Virus record (IMG/VR): IMGVR_UViG_3300010883_000015
Span: 16,696-80,695 of that record
Origin: a virus
Length of the DNA: 64,000 bases
Strand: one strand, 5' to 3'
Below the pieces are notes generated by a model. It searched no databases. It saw nothing but the letters and a program-made list of their open reading frames with translations, and had not been told where the DNA came from. Of the stretch, positions 31,650-41,385 are shown piece by piece (within the stretch, counting starts at the first letter, position 1; each line of letters opens with the position of its first letter). The position numbers and the translations under genes are program-made.

Positions 31650-32196
31650 AGTATTAGTTGGCATTGACCCTGCAACCGCAGGATCAGCAGTTGTTTTAAT
31701 CGGAACTTCTGTTCCTGCGGTTATACTTTGGAAGAAGGTTACTAGAAAAAAAAGGAAAGTATTTAGTGTTAGTATCTCTTTCTCAAATTCAAAAAATGTA
31801 CAAACAACATTATGTAGAACCCCTGCTCATATTGGAGCAGTAATATCTGGATTGAGTTGTTTAAATATAGTGAATGGTATTTCTATTGAAGATTGTTATT
31901 TTCATAAGAATCCTAAAACCACTATTATGTTGGCAAGATTTGGAACTGCTGTTTCTGCTCCCTTGCAGATAAAATGCGGATTTGATCCTGTATTTGTTGC
32001 ACCTACTGAATGGAGGAAGTCAGTCATAGGTGTGAGAACTAGAATAAAAAGAGAAGAAGCAAAGAGATTATCGTTAAAGCACTTACCTTTATTACTGCCC
32101 GAATTAGAGCATCACTTAAACCTCTTAGGTCGCTACGATCATATAACTGATGCAGCAGGTATAGCCTTATGGCTGTCATACAAATACTCTAAATAA
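31630..32196 (+). CDS. RuvC-like Holliday junction resolvase
   Basis: VGIDP, IE, V.PTEWRK, TDAAGIA. Confidence 0.8.
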   Translation: MIVSHSKVLVGIDPATAGSAVVLIGTSVPAVILWKKVTRKKRKVFSVSISFSNSKNVQTTLCRTPAHIGAVISGLSCLNIVNGISIEDCYFHKNPKTTIMLARFGTAVSAPLQIKCGFDPVFVAPTEWRKSVIGVRTRIKREEAKRLSLKHLPLLLPELEHHLNLLGRYDHITDAAGIALWLSYKYSK

Positions 32197-32227
32197 TTTA
32201 ACATAATAATAAAAAAAAGGGATTAAC

Positions 32228-32545
32228 ATGAGGGTAACATACCAACATGATAGGATATCTACGCCTATAAAAATAGCAAAACTGTTTGAATTGTGGCTTC
32301 ACATACACAGATGGAAACGAAGGCCAAGACTAACAACGCGGAGAATTATTATTTTTAATTCTCAAATTCAGGAAAAGGGATTCGCTGAGATTTCTCAGGT
32401 ATTCTACTTTCTTATAAAGGATAATGATTATTCAAATCATATCAAAAGCAATGGTCATACAAAATTAAGAAGTATATTTAATCGGCACAATTGGGATGAA
32501 AAGGTTCAACGTTCAACAGTAGGTAAAAAAAATGAGTGCATTTGA
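32228..32545 (+). CDS. hypothetical protein (replication-associated position)
   Basis: Overlaps start of primase-helicase. Confidence 0.55.
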   Translation: MRVTYQHDRISTPIKIAKLFELWLHIHRWKRRPRLTTRRIIIFNSQIQEKGFAEISQVFYFLIKDNDYSNHIKSNGHTKLRSIFNRHNWDEKVQRSTVGKKNECI

Positions 32546-34442
32546 AAGATTTAATAAGCAAGGTATCGATATAGCAATTGGCTTATTAGGCATGAGATCA
32601 GGAAGGATGAGGTCATACGGGGATTGTCCTGCTTGTGGCTCTGAAAAGAGAGGCAAAAACGATAATCGCTTGCCTATCGGGATAACGCCCAATGGGAATG
32701 GCTGGCATTGTCATAAATGCCAAATATCAGGCAATTTGACAGATCTATTAAGTTATAGTCTTTGTGGTAATTCTTATTCTGATTTAGATGATGTAAGTAA
32801 AACAACTATTTTGGATTGGTTGCTGGATAAAGGTTTCGGAACAAAAAGAACTGATGTTTCTAAAAAGTTTACAAATATATCTAAAGTCGTTGATAATACA
32901 ACAGTAAAGAAGAAACCTAAAATTGATACTACTTCTGATTTTAGATGGGAGAAAGATTTATGGAGGCAATACAAGGCAAATTTGAGTTCTGATATAGGTA
33001 AGTTCGTATTTGAGTATCTTACATTGGATCGCAAGTTATCTACTGAAGTAATTGATAAGGCAGATTTGGGCATGGTAAGTATAAGGGGCGAAGATTGGCT
33101 GGTAATCCCTCTCAAAGATAAGCATGGAAAGGTAATAAACATGCGCTTCAGAACAACACCACCCCTTGATAAGACATTCCGTGTCTGCGCTGGGTGTCCT
33201 ATGCCATTGTATGGGCTAGATAGCACATCTAAGCAGAAAGGAAATCGCGTTATAATTATGGAGGGAGAATTAGATGTTCTAGCCATGCATACTTACGGGT
33301 ATGAAAATATTGTTTCAGGAACAACGGGAGCATCAGCAAATTGGAAAGAGGATTGGCTTGATAGCATTGAAGGGTTTCAATCATTCCTGATTTATTATGA
33401 TAATGATCAAGCAGGTGATACTGGAGCCGAAAAAGTAGCCAAAAAATTAGGATATTATAGATGTTTTAGGGTTAAGGATGACGTATTTAATGATGCGGGA
33501 GAATGTTTACAGAACAATATTCCTTATAATCATATTCAAAAACTTTTAGAAAATCCAGAAGGATTTATTAAAAGCAGACTGAAGCGTGTCGGTTCTTATC
33601 AAGACCAAATTGAAGAACTTGTTAACAACCCAACAGCAGTAAAAGGTTTTTCAAGTGGTTTAAATAAATTAGATCCATTGATCGGTGGTATAAGACCGGG
33701 TTTGTGGGTTGTGTCTGGAGATACTGGTCATGGTAAAACAACATTTTTAACATGGTTACTTTGGAAACAAGCAACAAATATGATTCCTGTTCTTGTTACC
33801 AGTTTTGAGCAACAGCCCATTGGAACAGTTCAGAAATTATTAAGAACTCAAGTAGGCAATGACTTCACAAAGGTTAGCGTTAGTGATAGAAAAAAGGCAT
33901 TTAATGAATTAGATGCTCTTCCTATTCATATATATGATCATTATGGTGAAATAAAATTAGACGAAATAATAGAATGTATAAGATTCTCTTGTAGAAGACA
34001 TGATATTAAAATTGCCTTAGTTGATCATTTAGGATTTCTTGTCGGTGGTCAAGATAAGAATTTAGATGAAAGACAGGCTATTGAAAATGCTGTTAGAGAA
34101 TTGGCTACCATTGCAGTTCAGGATGATATTACGATAATGCTTGTTTGCCACCCTAACAATATGTCAATAGCCCAGCAAAGAAGAGTAAAGATCACAGACC
34201 TAAAAGGAGCAAGTGCTATTCGACAAGATGCACATGTTGGTATTATCGTGGAAAGAAACGATATAGATCAAAATTCAATATTTCCAACCACAACAATATA
34301 TGTTGATAAATGTAGATCTGAATTCGGATTATCAGGATCAAATTGTTTATTAGCATTTGATCCATTGTCGTGTTATTTTGCTGATGATTGGAACTCAACC
34401 CCGAGCGGTATTGCTAATAGAAAAGTGATTTGTCCTACTTAA
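32532..34442 (+). CDS. primase-helicase (T7 gp4/Twinkle-like)
   Basis: Zn finger CPAC..CHKC; TOPRIM EGELD, DNDQAG; SF4 helicase GDTGHGKT, DHL, LKGASAIRQDA, KCR. Confidence 0.92.
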   Translation: MSAFERFNKQGIDIAIGLLGMRSGRMRSYGDCPACGSEKRGKNDNRLPIGITPNGNGWHCHKCQISGNLTDLLSYSLCGNSYSDLDDVSKTTILDWLLDKGFGTKRTDVSKKFTNISKVVDNTTVKKKPKIDTTSDFRWEKDLWRQYKANLSSDIGKFVFEYLTLDRKLSTEVIDKADLGMVSIRGEDWLVIPLKDKHGKVINMRFRTTPPLDKTFRVCAGCPMPLYGLDSTSKQKGNRVIIMEGELDVLAMHTYGYENIVSGTTGASANWKEDWLDSIEGFQSFLIYYDNDQAGDTGAEKVAKKLGYYRCFRVKDDVFNDAGECLQNNIPYNHIQKLLENPEGFIKSRLKRVGSYQDQIEELVNNPTAVKGFSSGLNKLDPLIGGIRPGLWVVSGDTGHGKTTFLTWLLWKQATNMIPVLVTSFEQQPIGTVQKLLRTQVGNDFTKVSVSDRKKAFNELDALPIHIYDHYGEIKLDEIIECIRFSCRRHDIKIALVDHLGFLVGGQDKNLDERQAIENAVRELATIAVQDDITIMLVCHPNNMSIAQQRRVKITDLKGASAIRQDAHVGIIVERNDIDQNSIFPTTTIYVDKCRSEFGLSGSNCLLAFDPLSCYFADDWNSTPSGIANRKVICPT

Positions 34443-34460
34443 CAAAATAAGGATAATAAA

Positions 34461-34700
34461 ATGACTAGAAAATATGTATTACTTAGAGATATGTCGTTTA
34501 ACGATACGTCAAAGAATGACCATTCATTGCGTATTCTTAAAAAGGGTTCTGTATATCCTCTTGTATATTTTAATGAATATGATCGGTACTCAAAATCAAT
34601 GTTTTTCCAAAGTAAAAAAAAGAAAGAAAATATTGTAATATTGTTTGCTGAGGGAATACAGAGGAAATTTATATTAAATATAGATGTTAGGCTTGTGTAG
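34461..34700 (+). CDS. hypothetical protein
   Basis: AAGGA SD, 79 aa. Confidence 0.6.
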   Translation: MTRKYVLLRDMSFNDTSKNDHSLRILKKGSVYPLVYFNEYDRYSKSMFFQSKKKKENIVILFAEGIQRKFILNIDVRLV

Positions 34701-34738
34701 CTATTGATAATAGTATTTAAATATATTACATTATCTTT

Positions 34739-35428
34739 ATGTTCACTATAAAAGAAATTTTCGCGACACTTCAAGGTGAAGGATCAAGATCAGGAACTCC
34801 TGCGATCTTTGTAAGGTTTGCTGGTTGTAACCTATGGTCGGGACAAGATCATCTTCGAGAGAAAGGAAAAGGTCACTGTGCTTTATGGTGTGATACTGAT
34901 TTTTTTCGTGGAGATAAATATGAAGGTTCTGAATTATTAAACCGCCTCAATAGATTAACCTCTAAGTGGCAAGATAAGATGGTTGTATTTACAGGGGGAG
35001 AGCCTTGCTTACAATTAAAGAAGCCCGAAGCCGTAGGATTAATTGAAAGATTGCTAAATACAGGATGGGTGGTTGCAATAGAAACAAATGGAACGATATC
35101 TGCTGAAGAGTGTCAAGTGCTAAATATATTAAATGATCACCCGAATGGTCATATTACGGTTAGTCCGAAACCTCTTATGGATAAAAGTAAACGTCACAGT
35201 ATTGAGCATATTAAATTAAGATTTGGTACAGATTTAAAAATAATCATCCCAACAGTGTTACCTTTAAATGAATTTCAAGAGTTAAATTTTGAACATTTCT
35301 TCTTTCAACCAATGGATCTACAGGACGGGACTTCTGGATTAAGTTCAGTAGAAGAAACCATTGAATTCTGCATAACTTATGGATGGAGGCTATCTTGCCA
35401 AACACACAAATTTCTAAACCTACAATAG
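34739..35428 (+). CDS. queE: 7-carboxy-7-deazaguanine synthase (radical SAM)
   Basis: EIFATLQGEG, FVRFAGCNLW..C..WCDTDF, TGGEP, ETNG, SPK, Q.HK. Confidence 0.95.
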   Translation: MFTIKEIFATLQGEGSRSGTPAIFVRFAGCNLWSGQDHLREKGKGHCALWCDTDFFRGDKYEGSELLNRLNRLTSKWQDKMVVFTGGEPCLQLKKPEAVGLIERLLNTGWVVAIETNGTISAEECQVLNILNDHPNGHITVSPKPLMDKSKRHSIEHIKLRFGTDLKIIIPTVLPLNEFQELNFEHFFFQPMDLQDGTSGLSSVEETIEFCITYGWRLSCQTHKFLNLQ

Positions 35429-35979
35429 ATGAAGTAGAAAAAGCATTTAAAACTATATTGAAATATGTAGGCGAAGATCCAGAAAGAGAAGGCTTAAAAG
35501 AAACGCCTAAACGAGTAGCTAGATCATTAAAAGAATGGTTTTCAGGATATGACATAGATCCTAAATCTGTATTATCAACAACGTTTGAAGAAGTTGAAAA
35601 TTACAACGAGATTGTAGTTTTAAGAAATATTAGGCTAGAAAGTCATTGTGAGCATCACATGTGTCCTATTATTGGAACGGCAACGGTAGCTTACTTGCCT
35701 AGAAATAAAGTTGTAGGAATTTCAAAATTAGCTAGAGTAGTAGATGCATTCGCGAAGCGTTATCAAATTCAAGAAGTTATGACAAAGCAAATAGCAGACA
35801 CCATACAAGAAGTGTTAAATCCTAAAGGTGTTGCAGTTATAATTAAAGCACAGCATTTCTGTATTGGAACAAGGGGAATTCATAAGCATGAAAGTGATAT
35901 GATTACCTCCTGTATGCTTGGTGTATTTATGGAAGATAGCACAGCCAGACTAGAACTTATGCATTTAATAAAAGATTAA
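35383..35979 (+). CDS. folE: GTP cyclohydrolase I
   Basis: REGLKETPKRV, SHCEHH, GISKLAR, QIQE, H.C...RG. Confidence 0.97.
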   Translation: MEAILPNTQISKPTIDEVEKAFKTILKYVGEDPEREGLKETPKRVARSLKEWFSGYDIDPKSVLSTTFEEVENYNEIVVLRNIRLESHCEHHMCPIIGTATVAYLPRNKVVGISKLARVVDAFAKRYQIQEVMTKQIADTIQEVLNPKGVAVIIKAQHFCIGTRGIHKHESDMITSCMLGVFMEDSTARLELMHLIKD

Positions 35980-35988
35980 GGATACAGT

Positions 35989-36789
35989 ATGCTTTCAGTA
36001 TTATCAGCAAGTGGTGGAATGGATAGCACCTCTCTTTTGATGAGACTCTTAGGAGAGGGTCATGAAGTCCATGCTATTTCATTTTATTATGGTCAAACCC
36101 ATTCTTTAGAATTGATTAGGCTTAAAGATAATATCACTTATCTTAGTGAAAATGGATACAAAGTAGTTCATAAAGTTATTAATATAAAATCTATCATGTC
36201 CTCCTTTCATAGCGCTCTGACTGGCTTAATTGATATGCCAGAAGGGCATTATGAAGAAGACAACATGAAAGATACTGTTGTTCCGAATAGGAATGCCATT
36301 TTTAGTTCTATCATATATGGTTATGCATTATCAGAAGCAAATAAACGAGGATGTAAAGCACAGGTTGCTCTTGGTGTTCATAGCGGGGATCATGCAATAT
36401 ATCCTGATTGCAGACCTGAATTCTATGACTATTTATTTATGGCTTTTGATTTTGGAAATTGGAATTCTGAAAGCGTTAAATTGTATCTTCCTTATTTAAA
36501 CGGAGATAAAGAAAGTATTCTAGTAGATGCTATCCATTATTGTAAGAAGTTAAGACTTGATTTTGATACCGTATTTGCGAACACAAACACAGGTTATGAT
36601 CCAGATGAAAAAGGAAGATCTAGCGGGAAAACTGGGGCAGATATAGAGCGCATATTAGCCTTTCACGCTATTGGAAGAACGGATCCGATAGAATATGTGG
36701 ACGGATGGGAAAGTGCCCTAAAGCACGCGATATCAACGCAAGAAAGACATGATACAGATAAAGAACAGCATTCAAATTCAGAGTCTTAA
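35989..36789 (+). CDS. queC: 7-cyano-7-deazaguanine synthase
   Basis: SGGMDST, YGQ.H, VPNRN, YPDCRPEF. Confidence 0.95.
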   Translation: MLSVLSASGGMDSTSLLMRLLGEGHEVHAISFYYGQTHSLELIRLKDNITYLSENGYKVVHKVINIKSIMSSFHSALTGLIDMPEGHYEEDNMKDTVVPNRNAIFSSIIYGYALSEANKRGCKAQVALGVHSGDHAIYPDCRPEFYDYLFMAFDFGNWNSESVKLYLPYLNGDKESILVDAIHYCKKLRLDFDTVFANTNTGYDPDEKGRSSGKTGADIERILAFHAIGRTDPIEYVDGWESALKHAISTQERHDTDKEQHSNSES

Positions 36790-36794
36790 TATCC

Positions 36795-37133
36795 ATGTCT
36801 TTATTCAAGAATAAACCATGGGGTTATGAGTTATTATTTGCTCATAGCGAATATTATGTTGGTAAGATTCTTTTCATAAAAAAAGGACATAGGCTGTCAC
36901 GTCAATACCATGAACAAAAAGATGAAACTATATTTGTTCTTAATGGAAAGCTTAATTTGGTTTTAAATAAATCAGAAGATCTTATTATTTTAGAACAAGG
37001 AGACTCTTACAGAATAAATCCACTTATAATTCACAGGATGGAGGCCAAAGAAGGAGACGTTAAATTAGTGGAAGTATCTACTCCTGAACTCAATGATATA
37101 GTCAGATTAGAGGATGATTATGGAAGAGTTTGA
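36795..37133 (+). CDS. cupin, mannose-6-phosphate-isomerase-like
   Basis: KPWG.E, LSRQYHEQKDET, HRM, EVSTP..DIVRLEDDYGR. Confidence 0.85.
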   Translation: MSLFKNKPWGYELLFAHSEYYVGKILFIKKGHRLSRQYHEQKDETIFVLNGKLNLVLNKSEDLIILEQGDSYRINPLIIHRMEAKEGDVKLVEVSTPELNDIVRLEDDYGRV

Positions 37134-37791
37134 TGATTACATATTTCTAATACCAGCGAGAAAGGGATCGAAAGGGGTTCCATTTAAAAATAGGAAACTT
37201 TTTGACTACACAGCTAAAATAATACCTGATTCAATTAAGCATAAAGTCTACGTCTCAACTGATGATGAGTTTTTTATTGAAAAGTGTAAAGAATTTGGAT
37301 TTAATTATATAGAAAGAGACCCCTTGTTTGCACAAGATGAAACTACAACAAAGGACATGGTTAATAATTTCATTGATAATAATAAAATAGTAAATAAAAC
37401 CATTATTTTATTATATTTAACGTATCCAGAAAGAAAATGGATTGATGTTTTAGGTGCTAAAAAGTTCTATGAGTTAAAAAAATGTCAATCTTTGCTATGT
37501 AAGAAAAAAACTATTGTATCTCCTTATCTAATCCTTTATGATTTAGGAGATGATTTTGGAGAGCAGGTAATTCCACACAACCTTTGTAGGAGACAAGAAT
37601 ACAGAGAATGTTTTGAAATTAGCCACTTCATAAGTATATTTAGTGTCCAGAATTTAAAAGATTTAAACGTGAATTTATATAATTCAAAAACTAAATTTAT
37701 GATTATTAAAAATGCAATAGATATAGATACAACTAATGACTTAAGGGTATTTTATGACAAAAGTAAAAATAATAGCAGAGATCGGGATTAA
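37120..37791 (+). CDS. neuA: CMP-nonulosonate synthetase (acylneuraminate cytidylyltransferase family)
   Basis: IPARKGSKGVPFKN, VSTDD, RRQ, DIDT..D. Confidence 0.85.
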   Translation: MEEFDDYIFLIPARKGSKGVPFKNRKLFDYTAKIIPDSIKHKVYVSTDDEFFIEKCKEFGFNYIERDPLFAQDETTTKDMVNNFIDNNKIVNKTIILLYLTYPERKWIDVLGAKKFYELKKCQSLLCKKKTIVSPYLILYDLGDDFGEQVIPHNLCRRQEYRECFEISHFISIFSVQNLKDLNVNLYNSKTKFMIIKNAIDIDTTNDLRVFYDKSKNNSRDRD

Positions 37792-38578
37792 CCATAATGG
37801 TGATATTAATATTGCCAAAGAATTGATTGATGCTTCAATACTTGCTGGTTGTGATTTTGCTAAATTTCAAAAAAGAACACCAGATATTTGTGTTCCTGAA
37901 CATCAGAAATCTAAATTAAGGGAGACTCCTTGGGGTGAAATTCCTTATATAGAATATAAGAAAAAGATTGAATTTGAAAAAGAAGAGTATGAAGAATTGT
38001 TCGATTATGTAGAAGATCTACCTATTGAAATATTTGCCTCTGTATGGGATAAGCCTTCTGTTGATTTTATGTCTAGATATACTCCATTTTCAAAAATAGG
38101 ATCAGCCTTAATAACAGATTTGGAATTATGTAAATATGCTAGAAAGAAATCAGAATTTCTTATTATCTCAACAGGCATGAGTACTGAATATGAAATTGAA
38201 GATTGCATAAATGCCTGTAATCCTGACGTTGTAATGCACACGAATTCTGCTTATCCTTCGCCAGTTAATGAATTAAATCTAAATTACATTCATTGGCTAA
38301 AGGAAAAATGGCCTGAGCACGCCATTGGATATAGTGGTCATGAATATGGCTTGGTTACTACTTTTGCAGCAGTTGCAATGGGTTGCACTTGGGTAGAACG
38401 ACATATTACGCTAGAAAGAACTATGTGGGGAAGTGATCAAATGGCATCGATAGAGCCACAAGGATTTACTAAATTAGTAAAAGGGATAAGAGACATAGAA
38501 AAAGCTTGTATTTTACCCCCACAAGCGCGGGTCTTATTTCCTAGTGAAACCTCTAAAAGAGCAAGTTTAAGGAAATAA
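37754..38578 (+). CDS. neuB: nonulosonate (N-acetylneuraminate/KDN-9-P) synthase, without C-terminal SAF domain
   Basis: IIAEIGINHNGD, KFQKR, STGMS, YP, GYSGHE, ERHITL, GSDQ. Confidence 0.92.
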   Translation: MTKVKIIAEIGINHNGDINIAKELIDASILAGCDFAKFQKRTPDICVPEHQKSKLRETPWGEIPYIEYKKKIEFEKEEYEELFDYVEDLPIEIFASVWDKPSVDFMSRYTPFSKIGSALITDLELCKYARKKSEFLIISTGMSTEYEIEDCINACNPDVVMHTNSAYPSPVNELNLNYIHWLKEKWPEHAIGYSGHEYGLVTTFAAVAMGCTWVERHITLERTMWGSDQMASIEPQGFTKLVKGIRDIEKACILPPQARVLFPSETSKRASLRK

Positions 38579-38579
38579 G

Positions 38580-39593
38580 ATGAAAGCATTACATTTATAT
38601 GCCTCTAAGGCACAGTTTAATTCTGGTGATTTCTTTCTAGGCCCTGCAACTAAATGGAAATTTGAAAAAATAATTGATTCAAAAGTAGATTGGGAAACGC
38701 TAGACATTAGACAATCTTTCTCAAAAGGAACTATCAATTATATAAATTCGTTTGATTATTTAATTGTTGGTGGGGGTGGATTGATTCTTCCTGATAGCAA
38801 CCCAAATGAAGTATCTTGCTGGCAATGGGCTATATCCAAAGAATTATTAGAACTCATAACGGCAAAAATATATGTAATGGCTATTGGTTATAATTTGTTT
38901 TTTGAACAAGACATGTCCATGCCTCATCGAGAAATAGAAGATTCTATACCAAGAAGAAAAACAATATTTAAATCTAATATAGAAACCTTAATAAGGAAAA
39001 GTCATTATTTTAGTATGAGGCATAAAGGGGACATAATTCAATTAAGGAAAATTGTTGATACTGAGTATCATTCAAAAATAGAATTTATGTTTTGCCCTGT
39101 TATTGATTATGTTAAAAATAAGTATCTTCTTTCATTCAATTCAGGAGATTATTATACTTTTGAAATTAAAGATGATCGTCCCAACAGAAGATATAAAGGA
39201 ACATCTAAAGAGGAATTTTATAGTAAATTAAAACAATTTATAGAATATTTAATATCTGAAAACAAGCCTGTTGCTATCATGTCTCATGATGGTAGTCGTT
39301 CCTTTTATGATTATTTAAAATCTAAATCTATAAATATTCCACTTTTAGACAATACAACCGCAGATGAGATTAAAATAATTACAAATTATTCAAAAGTTAA
39401 AAAATTATATTGTATGGCAGGTCATAGTCAAATGACAGGTCACGCTCTCGGAATAGATATGTTTAGTTTAATAAGCCACAACAAATTAAAATACTTTCTT
39501 GAAGACATAAAGAGAACAATACCTAAAGATGGTGAATATGTGTCTGAATTAACTTTAAGTAATTTAATTAAAGGATATAATGATGAATCTTGA
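38580..39593 (+). CDS. polysaccharide pyruvyl-transferase-like protein
   Basis: NSGD, IVGGGGLI, AIGY, SMR, HS motif order of this family. Confidence 0.7.
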   Translation: MKALHLYASKAQFNSGDFFLGPATKWKFEKIIDSKVDWETLDIRQSFSKGTINYINSFDYLIVGGGGLILPDSNPNEVSCWQWAISKELLELITAKIYVMAIGYNLFFEQDMSMPHREIEDSIPRRKTIFKSNIETLIRKSHYFSMRHKGDIIQLRKIVDTEYHSKIEFMFCPVIDYVKNKYLLSFNSGDYYTFEIKDDRPNRRYKGTSKEEFYSKLKQFIEYLISENKPVAIMSHDGSRSFYDYLKSKSINIPLLDNTTADEIKIITNYSKVKKLYCMAGHSQMTGHALGIDMFSLISHNKLKYFLEDIKRTIPKDGEYVSELTLSNLIKGYNDES

Positions 39594-40254
39594 ACAAGTT
39601 AAAAAAATATTTTCGAGAAAAAAGAACAGTAGAAACCCTATGATGAAATTATATAATGTAGACGAATTTTATCAGGATATAAATAAATTATTTCATTCGT
39701 ATGAAAGTCTCGATATTTTAGATATTGGAGGGGGGAGAGGTCGCACATTTGATACTGTCAATTCCAATTATCATGTGTTTGATTTAAATCATCATAATAG
39801 TAAAAATTTTATTAAAGGCGATATTACTGATCCTAAATTAAGCGTAAACAAGCAATTTGATATAATTTTTACTAAAGATACTTTTGAGCATATCTTAAAC
39901 CCTTGGGAGGCCACAGATAACATCAAAAAACTTCTTAAAGAAAAAGGGGTCTTTATCTGTATAGCACCCTTTTCTTGGCGATTTCATCCTTCTCCATATG
40001 ATGCTTATAGATATTCTCATCAAGGATTAAAATATATTTTTGAACATAAAAATAATATTAAAGAAATAGAGTCAGGATATATTTATGCCATTGATAAAAC
40101 AAAAGGAACTTGGCCTAATAAATATGACTCTTGGATTGCTCCAGATGGAGTATATAAAGATTGCGTTTCTGCTTTTTATATAGGGATTAAAGATTCAAAT
40201 TATATTTTCAATAAAAATATTATTGTAGCCGATACTTCTCTAAATCATGATTAA
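39580..40254 (+). CDS. class I SAM-dependent methyltransferase
   Basis: ILDIGGG, GDITD, FEHILNPW, H..PYD.YR. Confidence 0.85.
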   Translation: MMNLEQVKKIFSRKKNSRNPMMKLYNVDEFYQDINKLFHSYESLDILDIGGGRGRTFDTVNSNYHVFDLNHHNSKNFIKGDITDPKLSVNKQFDIIFTKDTFEHILNPWEATDNIKKLLKEKGVFICIAPFSWRFHPSPYDAYRYSHQGLKYIFEHKNNIKEIESGYIYAIDKTKGTWPNKYDSWIAPDGVYKDCVSAFYIGIKDSNYIFNKNIIVADTSLNHD

Positions 40255-40927
40255 AAAAACAATGAATTGTGTTATTTGTAATGGTTCAAGTTTTTTATAT
40301 CGTGAACATCTTTTATTAAAAGAAGAAATATATAAATGTTCTTCTTGCTTTTATCATTTTGTAAATTGTTCAAATTTTAATGAAAAAGATATATTTGATC
40401 AGCAGAATAATAATTCTGGAAGTTTTGGTGGGAATTTTTCCAGAAATTCTAAGTATTTATCTTTATTGAAAAAACAAACAAATATTAAAAGCATATTAGA
40501 AATTGGAACACCTGATAATTACGGATTTTTAGAAATGGTTTTTAAAGAATTTGGAAAAACCATTGAAATAAATTCTCATGACTTAATAAAGAATAATTTT
40601 CCTTCTTATATTAATTTTTATTCCAATAAAGATGAATTGCTAAGAAAAGAAATTGATCTCTTGTTTTGTATTCATACTTTAGAACATATCCCAACTAATC
40701 ATCTTTTAGAATTCATTTCATTTTGTAAATCTGTATCAAAAAAATACATATTTGAAGTACCTTGCTGTGAAACCCTTACAAGAGTATTAAAAAGTTCCAC
40801 TCAGCCTCATTATAGTTTCTTTTCTGAATTATCATTAAAGGTTCTTTTTGAAGAGGATTTGATTCTAAATAAAACAAATGAAGTTATTAGATTTACTAAT
40901 TTGGAAGAATTAAATATATTAATATAA
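40247..40927 (+). CDS. SAM-dependent methyltransferase-like protein with N-terminal Zn knuckle
   Basis: CVIC..CSSC; ILEIG; HTLEHIP; FEVP; H.SFFS..SL. Confidence 0.75.
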   Translation: MIKKTMNCVICNGSSFLYREHLLLKEEIYKCSSCFYHFVNCSNFNEKDIFDQQNNNSGSFGGNFSRNSKYLSLLKKQTNIKSILEIGTPDNYGFLEMVFKEFGKTIEINSHDLIKNNFPSYINFYSNKDELLRKEIDLLFCIHTLEHIPTNHLLEFISFCKSVSKKYIFEVPCCETLTRVLKSSTQPHYSFFSELSLKVLFEEDLILNKTNEVIRFTNLEELNILI

Positions 40928-41055
40928 TTATATTAAAATGAAAGAATAATGAAAAAGCTAAATATAGGCCCAGTCTCTTCTACTTCTTATTTTAAAAATC
41001 TTGCAGACTAGGAAGCAAGAGAGCATTATAGAAGTATGTATATAGAGGTTATTAA

Positions 41056-41385
41056 ATGATTATTTATGTAGACATAGATGAAACGATCTGCAATTCTCCT
41101 GAAAATAGAGACTATGCAAAAGCAGAACCAATTTACGCACATATTAAGGAGATAAACAGGCTATATCAACAAGGTAATACAATTATATATTGGACAGCAA
41201 GAGGGACTGGCTCTGGTATAGATTGGAGATATATTACCGAAAATCAATTTAAAGAATGGGGCGTTCAATACCATCAATTAAAGTTTGGTAAGCCCATTTA
41301 TGATCTGTTCATAGACGACAAAAATATAAATAGCGAGGTATTTTTTAATGGAGCTTTCGAGTTTAAAAAACAAGCACAAATATGA
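41056..41385 (+). CDS. capless HAD-superfamily phosphatase
   Basis: VDIDETIC, WTARG, GKP, IDDK. Confidence 0.85.
   Translation: MIIYVDIDETICNSPENRDYAKAEPIYAHIKEINRLYQQGNTIIYWTARGTGSGIDWRYITENQFKEWGVQYHQLKFGKPIYDLFIDDKNINSEVFFNGAFEFKKQAQI

Noticed and set aside
40949-41059. Short frame with an internal TAG suggesting stop-codon reassignment
   Set aside because: TAG ends well-defined genes (tail tube, tape measure, queE) and long genes are uninterrupted, so the standard code applies; probably a gene remnant or chance.
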